This document shows, piece after piece, positions 19,801-23,707 of a stretch of DNA of 32,000 nucleotides. Source of the stretch: Saccharopolyspora erythraea (GTDB taxonomy: Bacteria > Actinomycetota > Actinomycetes > Mycobacteriales > Pseudonocardiaceae); NCBI RefSeq assembly GCF_018141105.1, contig NZ_CP054839.1, forward strand, positions 5,489,411-5,521,410. The letters run 5' to 3'. How positions within the stretch are numbered: position 1 is the stretch's first letter; each line of letters starts with the position of its first letter. The position numbers and the translations under genes are program-made. The notes below the pieces were generated by a model, which made no database searches, was not told the origin of the DNA, and saw only the letters and a list, made by a program, of their open reading frames with translations.

Positions 19801-20255
19801 GGGTCGGTGACGGCCAGGTGGGCGTAGGAGACCGTGCCGCTGGGTACTGGCGCGTCGCCGACGACCACGATCCGCCGCACCCCGCCGCCCGCGGCGCGGA
19901 CCTGCTCGACGTGCGCCTCGTCGGTGATCACCACCCGCGCCCCGCTGTCCTCCAGCAGGTAGGAGAGCTCGGCCTCGGTGACCCGCGGGTTGAGCGGCAC
20001 CCCGATCGCGCCCGCCCGCAGGATCGCCAGGTAGCTCTCGACCACCTCCACCCGGTTCCCGAGCAGGATCGCCGCGCGGTCGCCGGGCTGCAGACGCAGG
20101 TCGGCCAGGTGCCCGGCGAGCCGCCGGGTGCGCAGCTCCAGGTCGGCGTAGCTCACACTCAGCCGGGAGTCGCGGAACGCGATCTTGTGCTCGAGGCGGG
20201 AGGCGTGCGACCGCAGAAGCTCGGGCAGCGGCCGAATGAGCTCCGTACGCAGCAT
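7857..20255 (-). CDS. Modular type I polyketide synthase: loading module (CAL-KR0-ACP) + module 1 (KS-AT-DH-ER-KR-ACP) + module 2 (KS-AT-ACP); no thioesterase
   Basis: 4132 aa from ATG 20255 (AAGGA about 10 nt upstream). The track's extra 134 codons run into the divergent promoter and are non-homologous. Motifs in order: LYTSGTTGRPKGV/SGKITR; LGLDSA; DTACSSS-EAHGTGT-NIGHAQAAAG; GHSQGE...YASH; HAVSGTPIVPG-GYGPAF-LLDAALH; HAAAGGVGMAA; TGGTGTLG-LDD-GNYAAANAF; GFDSLT; DTACSSS-EAHGTGT-NIGHSQAAAG; GHSLGE...HAFH; GFTSLN. It ends 15-20 aa after the last ACP. Confidence 0.95.
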   Translation of the reverse strand: MLRTELIRPLPELLRSHASRLEHKIAFRDSRLSVSYADLELRTRRLAGHLADLRLQPGDRAAILLGNRVEVVESYLAILRAGAIGVPLNPRVTEAELSYLLEDSGARVVITDEAHVEQVRAAGGGVRRIVVVGDAPVPSGTVSYAHLAVTDPATPARDDLPLDAPAWMLYTSGTTGRPKGVLSSQRNCLWSVAACYVPIPGLSEEDSVLWPLPLFHSLSHIACVLGVTAVGATARVLDGFSADEVLNALREDSTTFLAGVPTMYHHLVRAAGEQRLSLPDLRMCLVGGAITTAALRRSFEQAFGAPLLDAYGSTETCGSITINWPTGARVEGSCGLPVPGLGVRLVDPETLVDVATGEEGEVWVQGPSVMAGYHDQPEATAAVFHDGWYRTGDLARRDESGYFTISGRIKELIIRGGENIHPGDVEAVLRSVPGVADAAVVGKPHEVLGEVPVAFLVPGPEGLDPEHLLAVCREQLSYIKVPEELYEIDRIPRTASGKITRHVLLDRPARLRAAGGARHELLFQLDWLPLPTVPQARAAAQQWAVVGPDVFGVADSLASQGRSVDRYSDTDELAESVDSAESAPEVTVLQVAGTAAGGAASPAEEARDRVRVVTEQAESWLGDERFSAGTLVVVTRAAVAAGPDDEVPDLVAAPVWGAVRALRAAHPGRVVLVDLEPAAGSAAALADAVSSGEPELLLRSGVALRPRANRVAATGGARRPLQLTSRDTALVAGADGAVAATVARHLAAVHGVRRFLLVSRGGDADLAARELHAELTAAGASVALAACDVADRDALAGLLAGHRPAAVVFAAGAGREALSTMDGALNLHELALETGLKAFVLLSSAAGTLGGAGSADDAAAGVFLDAVARHRAARGLPALSVVLGPGEHEDWSVPAGLGRLTGREHAAMFDAAHLADRTSVLALRLDSTAVGSGSLPPALRDLIDVPVQVDAPDDGTASELRERLAPLSREEQGRTLVELVRGEVARLYAMPDGATVPSDRAFRDLGLDSATAVQLRNRLTASTGLDLPLTLAFDHPTPARVGRHLRSLLFGGEPSNAAADARVVSHSDEPIAIVAMGCRLPGGVSSPEELWDLVAGEGDAVGDFPGDRGWNLEELFDPDPGRAGKSYVRHGGFLDDVAGFDPEFFGISPREAEAMDPQQRLLLEVSWEVLERAAIAPDSLRGADVGVFSGVMYHDYASDLGRVPEGLEGYLGTGNSGSVASGRVSYTLGLEGPAVTVDTACSSSLVALHVAAQALRDGECELALAGGVAVMAKPTSFVEFSRQRALAPDGRCKAFAEAADGTAWAEGVGVLVLERLSQARRNGHQVLAVVRGSAVNQDGASNGLTAPSGPAQERVIRRALASAGLSAAEVDAVEAHGTGTRLGDPIEAQALLATYGQGRPAGQPLWLGSLKSNIGHAQAAAGVAGVIKAVQAMRHGVLPRTLHVDEPSSRIDWSSGSVKLLREARPWPELDRPRRAAVSSFGVSGTNAHVILEHAGEPDAAPEEAGSTAPVPWVLSARSADGLRAQAGRWASFLADRPGHRPADVGFSSVTTRAALEHRAAVVAGDPADAVAALNAFAAGERPQEVVADSAGVEGKLAMVFPGQGAQWAGMGAALLDSSPVFAARIAECERALQPHVDWSLRDVLRQREGAPSLERVDVVQPVSFAVMVSLAELWRSYGITPDAVVGHSQGEIAAACVAGALSIEDAAKVVALRSQAIRRGLAGHGGMMSVSLPLDRVTDRLRPGLEVAAVNGPTSVVVAGEPGALEELLAECEAEDVRARRIPVDYASHSSHVERIREELLEVLADVRPHTAEVPFFSTVDGQWLDTAALDGEYWYRNLRRTVGFGAAVDALAEQGYRAFVESSSHPVLTTSVQDGLDRREQPVTTVVTGSLRRDDGGLDRFLASLTRLWVAGVPIDWTAVFEGTGARRVELPTQAFQHRRYWLEASEQTGDVSTAGLEEADHPLVGAVVALPESGGVLCTGRLSLRTHPWLADHAVSGTPIVPGAALVELAVRAGDQVGHGVVEELVIEQPLLLPATGGVRLQVSVSGVDDGGRRQVAIHSRADDGPSEAWTRHATGFLAATGEAPHANFEQWPPQGAEPVDVTGFYENQAAAGYGYGPAFQGVRAAWARGEEFFAEVSLADAHAAEAQRFGLHPALLDAALHSVKLRHDAAGELRLPFAFRGVRLHASGASQLRVRAVASGPDEISVSLADPLGHPVASIESLVLRPAPDEKLAAGRSAQRAPMYRTAWTPVPQADGDAATPSAVLGTGWGPAELPEHESVDALVRALDAGSPVPGVVLARVEPEADDTDPARVRAVAAGVLELVQRWLAEPVLESGHLVLLTRGAVPVHHADEVRDLAAAAVWGLVRSAQSENPGRITIVDADRLDGHLPPLPADEPQLALRDGNFHAPRLAGHSDELAAPGRSWRLEVADGGDSLADLALVALPEDPAPLAPGEVRLAVRAAGVNFKDVLITLDMLGVRHGLGGEAAGVVLEVGDAVTDLAPGDRVMGVVGDYGAFATEAVTDRRLLARIPWGWSFEQAASVPVVFLTAYYGLRDLAGLSAGQSVLVHAAAGGVGMAATQLARHWGAEVFGTASPGKWDALRSLGLTDDHIASSRTAEFGELFRERTGGRGVDVVLNSLTGELAETSLSLLPRGGHFLELGRTETRDAGQVAEAHPGVRYQAYALYEAGPDRTGQMLADLVELFESGAITPSPLSVWDVRRAPEAFRHISQARHVGKVVLTVPRAPQPGGTVLVTGGTGTLGAETARHLVTEHGVRSLILCGRQGMDAPGAPELAEELTRLGARVSVESCDVADRESLARLLAAVPPDHPLTGVVHTAGALDDGVISALDEGRIATVFRPKVDAALNLHELTADLDLAWFVLFSSAAGVFGNPGQGNYAAANAFMDGLAQRRRAAGLPAVSLAWGWWAQTSALTAALDDTAAARHRRNGLQPMPTETGMDLLDAGLDAGHAALVPVSLDLPALRARASSEPVPPLLRGLVRPGRRVAGRAATGSDLAGRLANAPGAEQTRMLLELVCKEAAAVLGHATSDAIDPNRPFKEAGFDSLTAVEVRNRLNDATKLRLSTTVVFDYPTPAVLAEHIRVQVVGEDIEVEKAPVATAVTGGAISDDPIAIVSIGCRFPGAAGGPEEFWRLLRDEVDVMTDLPEDRGWNQDAFDPDPDTPGSFYVRRGAFLDAAAFDAEFFGISPREAVAMDPQQRLLLEVAWETFERAGIDPTALRGAGVGVFTGVINHDYTKLFVHPPAELEGHLMTGTAGSVASGRIAYTLGLRGPALTVDTACSSSLVALHLAMHSLRRGECELAVAGGATLMATLDNYVEFSRHRGLAPDGKCKAFAAGADGTAWSEGAGLLLLERLSDARRNGHEVLAVLRGSAVNHDGASNGLTAPNGPAQQDVIRQALSDAGLSTSDVDVVEAHGTGTRLGDPIEADALLATYGRDRDDDRPVWLGSVKSNIGHSQAAAGVAGVIKVVQAMRHGLLPRTLHVDEPSPHVDWSSGGMSLLTEPRPWEAGDRPRRAGVSSFGISGTNAHVVLEEAPAGAQVRGGERTEVSTPVPVPLSARSAAGLRGQADKLARHLADEPDADLVDLAFSQATSRAGLERRAVVLASDRGELLDGLAALRDGEPGGELVRGVAGGGLALLFTGQGSQRIGMGEELHARFPAYAKAFDEVCAALDPHLERPLREVVAGATDPGLLDLTAYTQPALFAVETALYRLVESWGVRPDFVAGHSLGEIVAAHVAGVLSLEDAARLVAGRGRLIQALPEGGAMTAVQAGEEDVAELLAGRERQVDIAAVNSPTSVVVSGDEDVVAAVAEECASRGWKTRRLRVGHAFHSPRMDAMLDEFGAVAASLTYHRPRIAVLSNVSGKVLSAEELASPEYWVQHVRRPVRFHDAVRTLWNQGVRTFVELGPDAALTPMAAESLAELGQDAECVATMRRDRPAVPTVLTALSTMYARGASVDWPEVFAGTGARRVDLPTYAFQHRRYWPEVSSTAESEVRERIAVPAAEGEQDGEPSFRERWYALAEPERFAALLELVRSEAATTLGNLESGLADEDAFFEVGFTSLNAVELRNRLSGHTGLRLPTALLFEYPTPQMLAEHLQERMAADQEA
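7890..8115 (-). other. PKS module 2 (terminal) ACP
   Basis: FFEVGFTSLNAVELRNRL; Ser codon 8000-7998, in TSL rather than DSL. The protein stops shortly after ...PTPQMLAEHLQERMAADQEA. Confidence 0.8.
8420..9280 (-). other. PKS module 2 acyltransferase, malonyl-CoA-type motifs
   Basis: FTGQGSQ; TAYTQPALFA; GHSLGE (Ser codon 9002-9000); HAFH (8702-8691). Confidence 0.8.
9588..10856 (-). other. PKS module 2 ketosynthase
   Basis: DPIAIVSIGCRFPG to GTNAHVVLEE. Cys codon 10346-10344. EAHGTGT and NIGHSQAAAG are present. Confidence 0.9.
10925..11155 (-). other. PKS module 1 ACP
   Basis: FKEAGFDSLTAVEVRNRL; Ser codon 11048-11046. Confidence 0.85.
11440..11995 (-). other. PKS module 1 ketoreductase (B-type, LDD motif)
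   Basis: VLVTGGTGTLG, HTAGALDDG, SSAAGVFGNPGQGNYAAANAF (Tyr codon 11549-11547). Confidence 0.85.
12013..12975 (-). other. PKS module 1 enoylreductase
   Basis: GEVRLAVRAAGVNFKDV...; NADPH motif LVHAAAGGVGMAATQLA (about 12510-12542); ...HVGKVVLTVP. Confidence 0.8.
13565..14375 (-). other. PKS module 1 dehydratase
   Basis: HPWLADHAVSGTPIVPGAA (His codon 14270-14268), GYGPAFQG, LHPALLDAALH. Confidence 0.8.
14560..15475 (-). other. PKS module 1 acyltransferase, methylmalonyl-CoA-type motifs
   Basis: FPGQGAQW; RVDVVQP; GHSQGE (Ser codon 15191-15189); YASH (14897-14886). Confidence 0.8.
15777..17051 (-). other. PKS module 1 ketosynthase
   Basis: EPIAIVAMGCRLPGG to GTNAHVILE. Active Cys codon 16535-16533 (DTACSSS). 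Both His motifs are present. Confidence 0.9.
17105..17345 (-). other. PKS loading module ACP
   Basis: FRDLGLDSATAVQLRNRL; phosphopantetheine Ser codon 17231-17229 (in frame, residue 1009). Confidence 0.85.
17480..18695 (-). other. PKS loading module: degenerate ketoreductase-like region (KR0)
   Basis: Aligns to KR1 of the same protein. The NADPH loop is LVAGADGAVAATVARHLA versus LVTGGTGTLGAETARHLV. The catalytic stretch is SSAAGTLGGAGSADDAAAGVFLDAV versus SSAAGVFGNPGQGNYAAANAFMDGL. The Tyr-equivalent is Asp (codon 17687-17685) and the Asn-equivalent is Gly. Confidence 0.65.
18740..20255 (-). other. PKS loading module: aryl-acid CoA-ligase/adenylation (CAL) domain
   Basis: AMP-binding core LYTSGTTGRPKGV (about 19716-19752), YGSTETCG, YRTGDL, and the A10 Lys in SGKITR (codon 18764-18762). 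The position at the N-terminus of an AHBA-cluster PKS implies AHBA activation (inference). Confidence 0.8.
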
Positions 20256-20409
20256 GTGGTCACAATCCTTTGCAGCGGGGGCCGGGAGATCTCGCCGGAC
20301 AGTCTCGCCGAGGACGGCGCTCACCAGTCCCCAGACGACTCCCCTACACCCCCCTTGTTCCGCTCCGCGCCGGACTCCGGCGGACCCCCGGACGCATACT
20401 CTCGACGGC
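20256..20409. promoter_or_regulatory. Divergent promoter/5'-UTR region between the PKS and the aminoDAHP synthase
   Basis: 154-bp gap between divergent starts. It contains the palindrome GAGATCTC within CCGGGAGATCTCGCCGG (20282-20298), the direct repeat TCTCGCCG (20290-20297, 20303-20310), CCCCTAC (20341-20347), and CGGAC x3 (20371, 20381, 20389). No -10/-35 assignment was attempted. Confidence 0.4.
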
Positions 20410-21741
20410 GTGCGCAACCTCGATGCCTGGCGCGGCCTTCCCGCCGCGCAGCAACCGGAATGGCACGACTCCGCCGAGCTCTCCGAAGTCCTCGACGAGC
20501 TCTCCCAGCTGCCCCCGCTGGTGTTCGCCGGCGAATGCGACCAGCTCAAGGACCGGCTCGCCGCCGCCCAGCGCGGCGAGTCCTTCGTGCTGCAGGGCGG
20601 CGACTGCGCGGAGACCTTCGCCGGGGCGACCGCGTCCGCCGTGCAGAACAAGCTCAAGACGCTGCTGCAGATGGCGGTGGTGCTGACCTACGCCGCGCAG
20701 GTCCCGGTCGTCAAGATCGGCCGGATGGCCGGGCAGTTCGCCAAACCCCGTTCCAGCTCCGACGAGACCAGCGACGGGGTGACGCTGCCCGCCTACCGGG
20801 GCGACGCGGTCAACGGCTTCGAGTTCACCGCCGAGAGCCGCAGGCCCGACCCGCGACGGCTGATCCGCGCCTACCACTCCAGCGCGACCATCCTCAACCT
20901 GTGCCGGGCCTTCGCCAACGGCGGGTACGCCGACCTGCGCCAGGTCCACGCCTGGAACCAGGACTTCGTGGCCACCAGTCCGGCGGGCAAGGACTACGAG
21001 CACCTGGCCTCCGAGATCGACCGGGCGCTGGCGTTCATGCGCGCCTGCAAGGCCGAGCCCGCCGAGGTGCACACCGTCGAGTTCTGGTCCAGCCACGAAG
21101 CACTGCTGCTGGACTACGAGAGCGCGCTGACCAGGGTCGACCCGCGGACGTCGTGGCCCTACGCGGTGTCGGCGCACATGGTGTGGATCGGTGAGCGCAC
21201 CCGCCAGCTCGACCACGCCCACCTGGAGTGGGCCTCGCGGATCCGCAACCCCCTGGGCGTGAAGCTGGGGCCGTCGACCACGCCGGACGACGCGCTGGCC
21301 ATCATCGAGCGCCTGAACCCGTCGGCCGAACCCGGCAGGCTCACCTTCGTCACCAGGATGGGCGCGGACCGCATCCGCGACGCCCTGCCCCTGCTGGTGG
21401 AGAAGGTCACCGCCAGCGGCGCACCGGTCACGTGGGTCTGCGATCCCATGCACGGCAACACGTTCCGGTCGCCGAGCGGGTACAAGACCCGGCGGGTGGA
21501 CGACATCTTCGACGAGGTGACCGGGTTCTTCGAGGTGCACCGGGCGCTGCGGACCCATCCCGGCGGCATCCACATCGAGTTCACCGGCGACGAGGTGACC
21601 GAGTGCGTGGGCGGCGGCCACGGGCTGCTGGAAGCCGACCTGCACCACCGCTACGAGACCGTCTGCGACCCCAGGCTGAACCGCAGGCAGTCCCTGGACC
21701 TGGCCTTCAAGGTCGCCGAGCTCTACCGCCTCTCCACCTGA
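20410..21741 (+). CDS. rifH: Class II DAHP synthase family, aminoDAHP synthase (RifH-like)
   Basis: QGGDCAETF, KIGRMAGQFAKPRS and CDPMHGN are class II (AroAII) motifs. Start set at in-frame GTG 20410, giving 443 aa (VRNLDAWRGLPAAQQPEW...). The track's 20185 start would overlap the PKS start and is non-homologous. Confidence 0.85.
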   Translation: MRNLDAWRGLPAAQQPEWHDSAELSEVLDELSQLPPLVFAGECDQLKDRLAAAQRGESFVLQGGDCAETFAGATASAVQNKLKTLLQMAVVLTYAAQVPVVKIGRMAGQFAKPRSSSDETSDGVTLPAYRGDAVNGFEFTAESRRPDPRRLIRAYHSSATILNLCRAFANGGYADLRQVHAWNQDFVATSPAGKDYEHLASEIDRALAFMRACKAEPAEVHTVEFWSSHEALLLDYESALTRVDPRTSWPYAVSAHMVWIGERTRQLDHAHLEWASRIRNPLGVKLGPSTTPDDALAIIERLNPSAEPGRLTFVTRMGADRIRDALPLLVEKVTASGAPVTWVCDPMHGNTFRSPSGYKTRRVDDIFDEVTGFFEVHRALRTHPGGIHIEFTGDEVTECVGGGHGLLEADLHHRYETVCDPRLNRRQSLDLAFKVAELYRLST

Positions 21742-21758
21742 GCACAGGCGCGAGGAAC

Positions 21759-21800
21759 GCCGTGAGCACGCTGTCGCGTGGTCACGGCTTTCTTGCGTTC
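21759..21800 (+). terminator. Candidate intrinsic terminator after the aminoDAHP synthase gene
   Basis: Hairpin 21759-21788: 7 bp, one G-G mismatch, 5 bp, loop TGTC. It is followed by TTTCTTGCGTT and starts 18 nt after the TGA. Confidence 0.45.
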
Positions 21801-21837
21801 GGGTGATGCGGGAGGAGGTGAGCTGGAAAGCCGCCTC

Positions 21838-22827
21838 TCACGACTCCGACAGGCGCTCCCGGCCGTGCGGCTGCTCCCAGTCGGCGTGCACGGGTGCCAC
21901 CTCGAGCCGGTCGATGCCGGCGTTGACGAACGCCGGCCTGCCGACGTCGAAGGTGTCGAAGTCGGTGCTGTCGCGGAAACCGGGCCGCTGGTACAGGTCG
22001 CGGGCGTAGGCCCACAGGTTCGCGAAGTCCGGCAGCGACCGCTCGCTCATCCCGCTCATCGGGTTGTACAGGCGGTCGAACCGGACCAGCGTCGGCCACA
22101 GCCGCACGTCGGCTTCGGAGATCGAGTCACCGACGAGGTAGCGCCGGCCCGCCAGCCGCTCGTCCAGCCGCCGCAGCGCGCCGGACATCCGCTCGCGCCA
22201 CTGGTCGTACTCCTCCTGGGTCGTCGCGGCAGCGGCCTTGTACGGGGCGTTGTTGACGTTGTCGTAGACGTACTGGTTGATCTCGTCGATCTCGGCGCGG
22301 TGCTCCGGCGGGTAGAGCCGCACGCCGGGGTCCGCCCACTCGTCGAACTCGGTGCCGAGGTCGATCGTGATGTCGGGAAAGTTGTTGCTGACGATGCGGC
22401 CCGTGCTGCGGTCCCACAGCACCGGCACCGAGAGGTGGCCGGGAAATCCCGGCTCGGTGGCGTCGTACGCCTGTTGCAGCAACGTGAAGCCGTTCACCGG
22501 GTCCGGGCCGCGCCGCCCTCGGAAGGCCCAGCCGCGTCCGTCGCGGTCGTCGTCGACGTAGGACAGCGAGACGACGTCCCGCAGTCCCTTGAGAGCGCGC
22601 ACGATCGCGGTGCGCTGCGCCCACGGGCACACCCACGCGATGTAGAGGTGGTAGCGGCCGGGCTCGGCCCGGTAACCGCTCGACCCGTCGGCGGTCACCC
22701 GGTCCTGGAAGGCGTACAGCGGACGTTGCCACCCGGAGGAGGTGTCCAGCCGTCCCGGCCCGTAGTGCCCGTAGGTCTCCAGGTCGACGGGGCTCGCGTA
22801 GGCGGGATCCGCCGTGGGTGAGGGCAT
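21838..22827 (-). CDS. Xi-class glutathione transferase / glutathionyl-hydroquinone reductase (YqjG/ECM4/PcpF type)
   Basis: 329 aa from ATG 22827 (AGGAGGAG SD upstream). CPWA active-site motif: YIAWVCPWAQRTAIV (Cys codon 22629-22627, residue 67). Also VPVLWD, ...NNFPDI..., C-terminal GST fold LVGDSISEADVRLWPTLVRFD.LY. The track's 461-aa version is a 5' extension. Confidence 0.85.
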   Translation of the reverse strand: MPSPTADPAYASPVDLETYGHYGPGRLDTSSGWQRPLYAFQDRVTADGSSGYRAEPGRYHLYIAWVCPWAQRTAIVRALKGLRDVVSLSYVDDDRDGRGWAFRGRRGPDPVNGFTLLQQAYDATEPGFPGHLSVPVLWDRSTGRIVSNNFPDITIDLGTEFDEWADPGVRLYPPEHRAEIDEINQYVYDNVNNAPYKAAAATTQEEYDQWRERMSGALRRLDERLAGRRYLVGDSISEADVRLWPTLVRFDRLYNPMSGMSERSLPDFANLWAYARDLYQRPGFRDSTDFDTFDVGRPAFVNAGIDRLEVAPVHADWEQPHGRERLSES

Positions 22828-22952
22828 GCGCTCTCCTCCTGCGTGGCCGGCGCGCCGCGGCCGCGCCGATTCTGGTCCTGTGCCGGGAAGTCTACTTGCG
22901 CTCGGGAAGCGGCGAGGTGCTTTCCACGTCGTGGTCGCACCCCGCCGGAACG

Positions 22953-22997
22953 CGTCGTCGGCCGCCGCCACCGGTGGGGTGGCCGCGGCCGACGGCG
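22953..22997 (-). terminator. Long GC-rich stem-loop 9 nt downstream of the phosphatase stop (possible terminator/attenuator, no U-tract)
   Basis: Pairing 22959-22972 with 22978-22991 (13 bp with one C-C mismatch, loop GGTGG), extendable to 22953/22997 with one further mismatch. Confidence 0.3.
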
Positions 22998-23005
22998 GTA
23001 CCGCA

Positions 23006-23707
23006 CTACCTCGGGCCGGCCCTTTCGGAGCCGGAACCGCTGCGCTGCAGCGCCGGCTCCGAGGCCCGCACCGGCGGGCACAGCGCGAGGAGCTCGTGCG
23101 GTGCCCGCAGCGCGACGTCCGGCCCGGCGGCCAGCAGCACCGCCTCGTCGATGTCGGCCCACAGCGCCGCCACCGCGGCGACGCCGGCTCCGCGAGCGCT
23201 CGCCAGGTCCGTGACCGCGTCACCGATCATCATCGCCCGCTCGGCCGGTTCGCCGAGCAGCTCCAGCGCGCGCAGCACGATGTCCGGGGCGGGCTTGGGC
23301 CTGGCAACCTCGTCGGACCCGATCACGTGGTCGAAATGGCCGAGGATGCCCAGCCGGTCCAGCAGCGACCGCGCGCGGGACCCGGCCTTGCCGGTGGCCA
23401 CCGCGAGCCGGATCCCCCGCCGGTTCAGCTCCGCCAGCAGCTCCTCGACACCGTCGAACACGGTGACCTGGTCGGCCAGCCGGTAGCTCTCGCGGACGAA
23501 GGGCTCCTCCATCTCCAGCGGCAGCCCCATGATCCGCATGATGTCCGGGAAGTAGCGACCGAGGTGGCGGGTGTACTCCTCGAACGGCGCGGGTTCGTCG
23601 CCGACGACCTCGGCGTAGGCGATCCGGAACGCCTCGCGCATGACGCCGAAGCTGTCCACGACCACTCCGTCGAGGTCGAACACGACCGTGTCGAACTCGT
23701 CAGGCAC
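23006..23707 (-). CDS. rifM: HAD-superfamily phosphatase of the AHBA pathway (RifM-like)
   Basis: 233 aa. HAD motifs: VVFDLDGVVVDS, AVATGK, GDAVTD. GTG start overlaps the upstream oxidoreductase stop by 8 nt. Position is downstream of the rifK/rifL homologues. Confidence 0.8.
   Translation of the reverse strand: MPDEFDTVVFDLDGVVVDSFGVMREAFRIAYAEVVGDEPAPFEEYTRHLGRYFPDIMRIMGLPLEMEEPFVRESYRLADQVTVFDGVEELLAELNRRGIRLAVATGKAGSRARSLLDRLGILGHFDHVIGSDEVARPKPAPDIVLRALELLGEPAERAMMIGDAVTDLASARGAGVAAVAALWADIDEAVLLAAGPDVALRAPHELLALCPPVRASEPALQRSGSGSERAGPR

Noticed and set aside
5494-20255. Idea that rifamycin-like quinone formation and C-C closure by the active methylene, followed by a 5-membered lactam, would rescue the short chain
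   Set aside because: In rifamycin-type closure, as I understand it, the new C-C bond forms at the ring carbon para to the amine. From there a C1 acyl group cannot reach the nitrogen. A gamma-lactam would need closure at the carbon between the side chain and the amine, for which nothing in the sequence gives support. The idea is kept only as a remote possibility.
20265-20275. Shared TGCAAAGGA motif upstream of both the PKS ATG and the AHBA synthase ATG (second copy at about 25966-25974)
   Set aside because: In both cases it sits at SD distance from the start codon. It is most simply a similar ribosome-binding site, not a regulator box.
20185-20409. 75-codon 5' extension of the aminoDAHP synthase ORF
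   Set aside because: It would overlap the PKS start on the opposite strand and its sequence is non-homologous and low-complexity. GTG 20410 gives a length typical for class II DAHP synthases.
20256-20657. 134-codon 5' extension of the PKS ORF in the track
   Set aside because: The extension shows no homology to CAL domains and would run through the divergent promoter into the rifH-like gene. The internal ATG 20255 begins the conserved adenylation-domain N-terminus and has an SD.
9738-21194. 3818-aa ORF on the plus strand, together with many other long plus- and minus-strand ORFs overlapping the PKS (for example 9655-11472, 16966-18291, 7339-9036)
   Set aside because: These are antisense or out-of-frame shadows of the PKS gene. 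Their translations are Arg/Gly/Pro/Ala-rich low-complexity strings with no domain motifs, which is expected from stop-codon depletion in GC-rich DNA.
22828-23223. 132-codon 5' extension of the GS-HQR ORF (the 461-aa version)
   Set aside because: The extension overlaps the phosphatase gene 3' end and is Arg/Pro-rich. ATG 22827 has a strong AGGAGGAG SD and gives the usual ~330-aa size.
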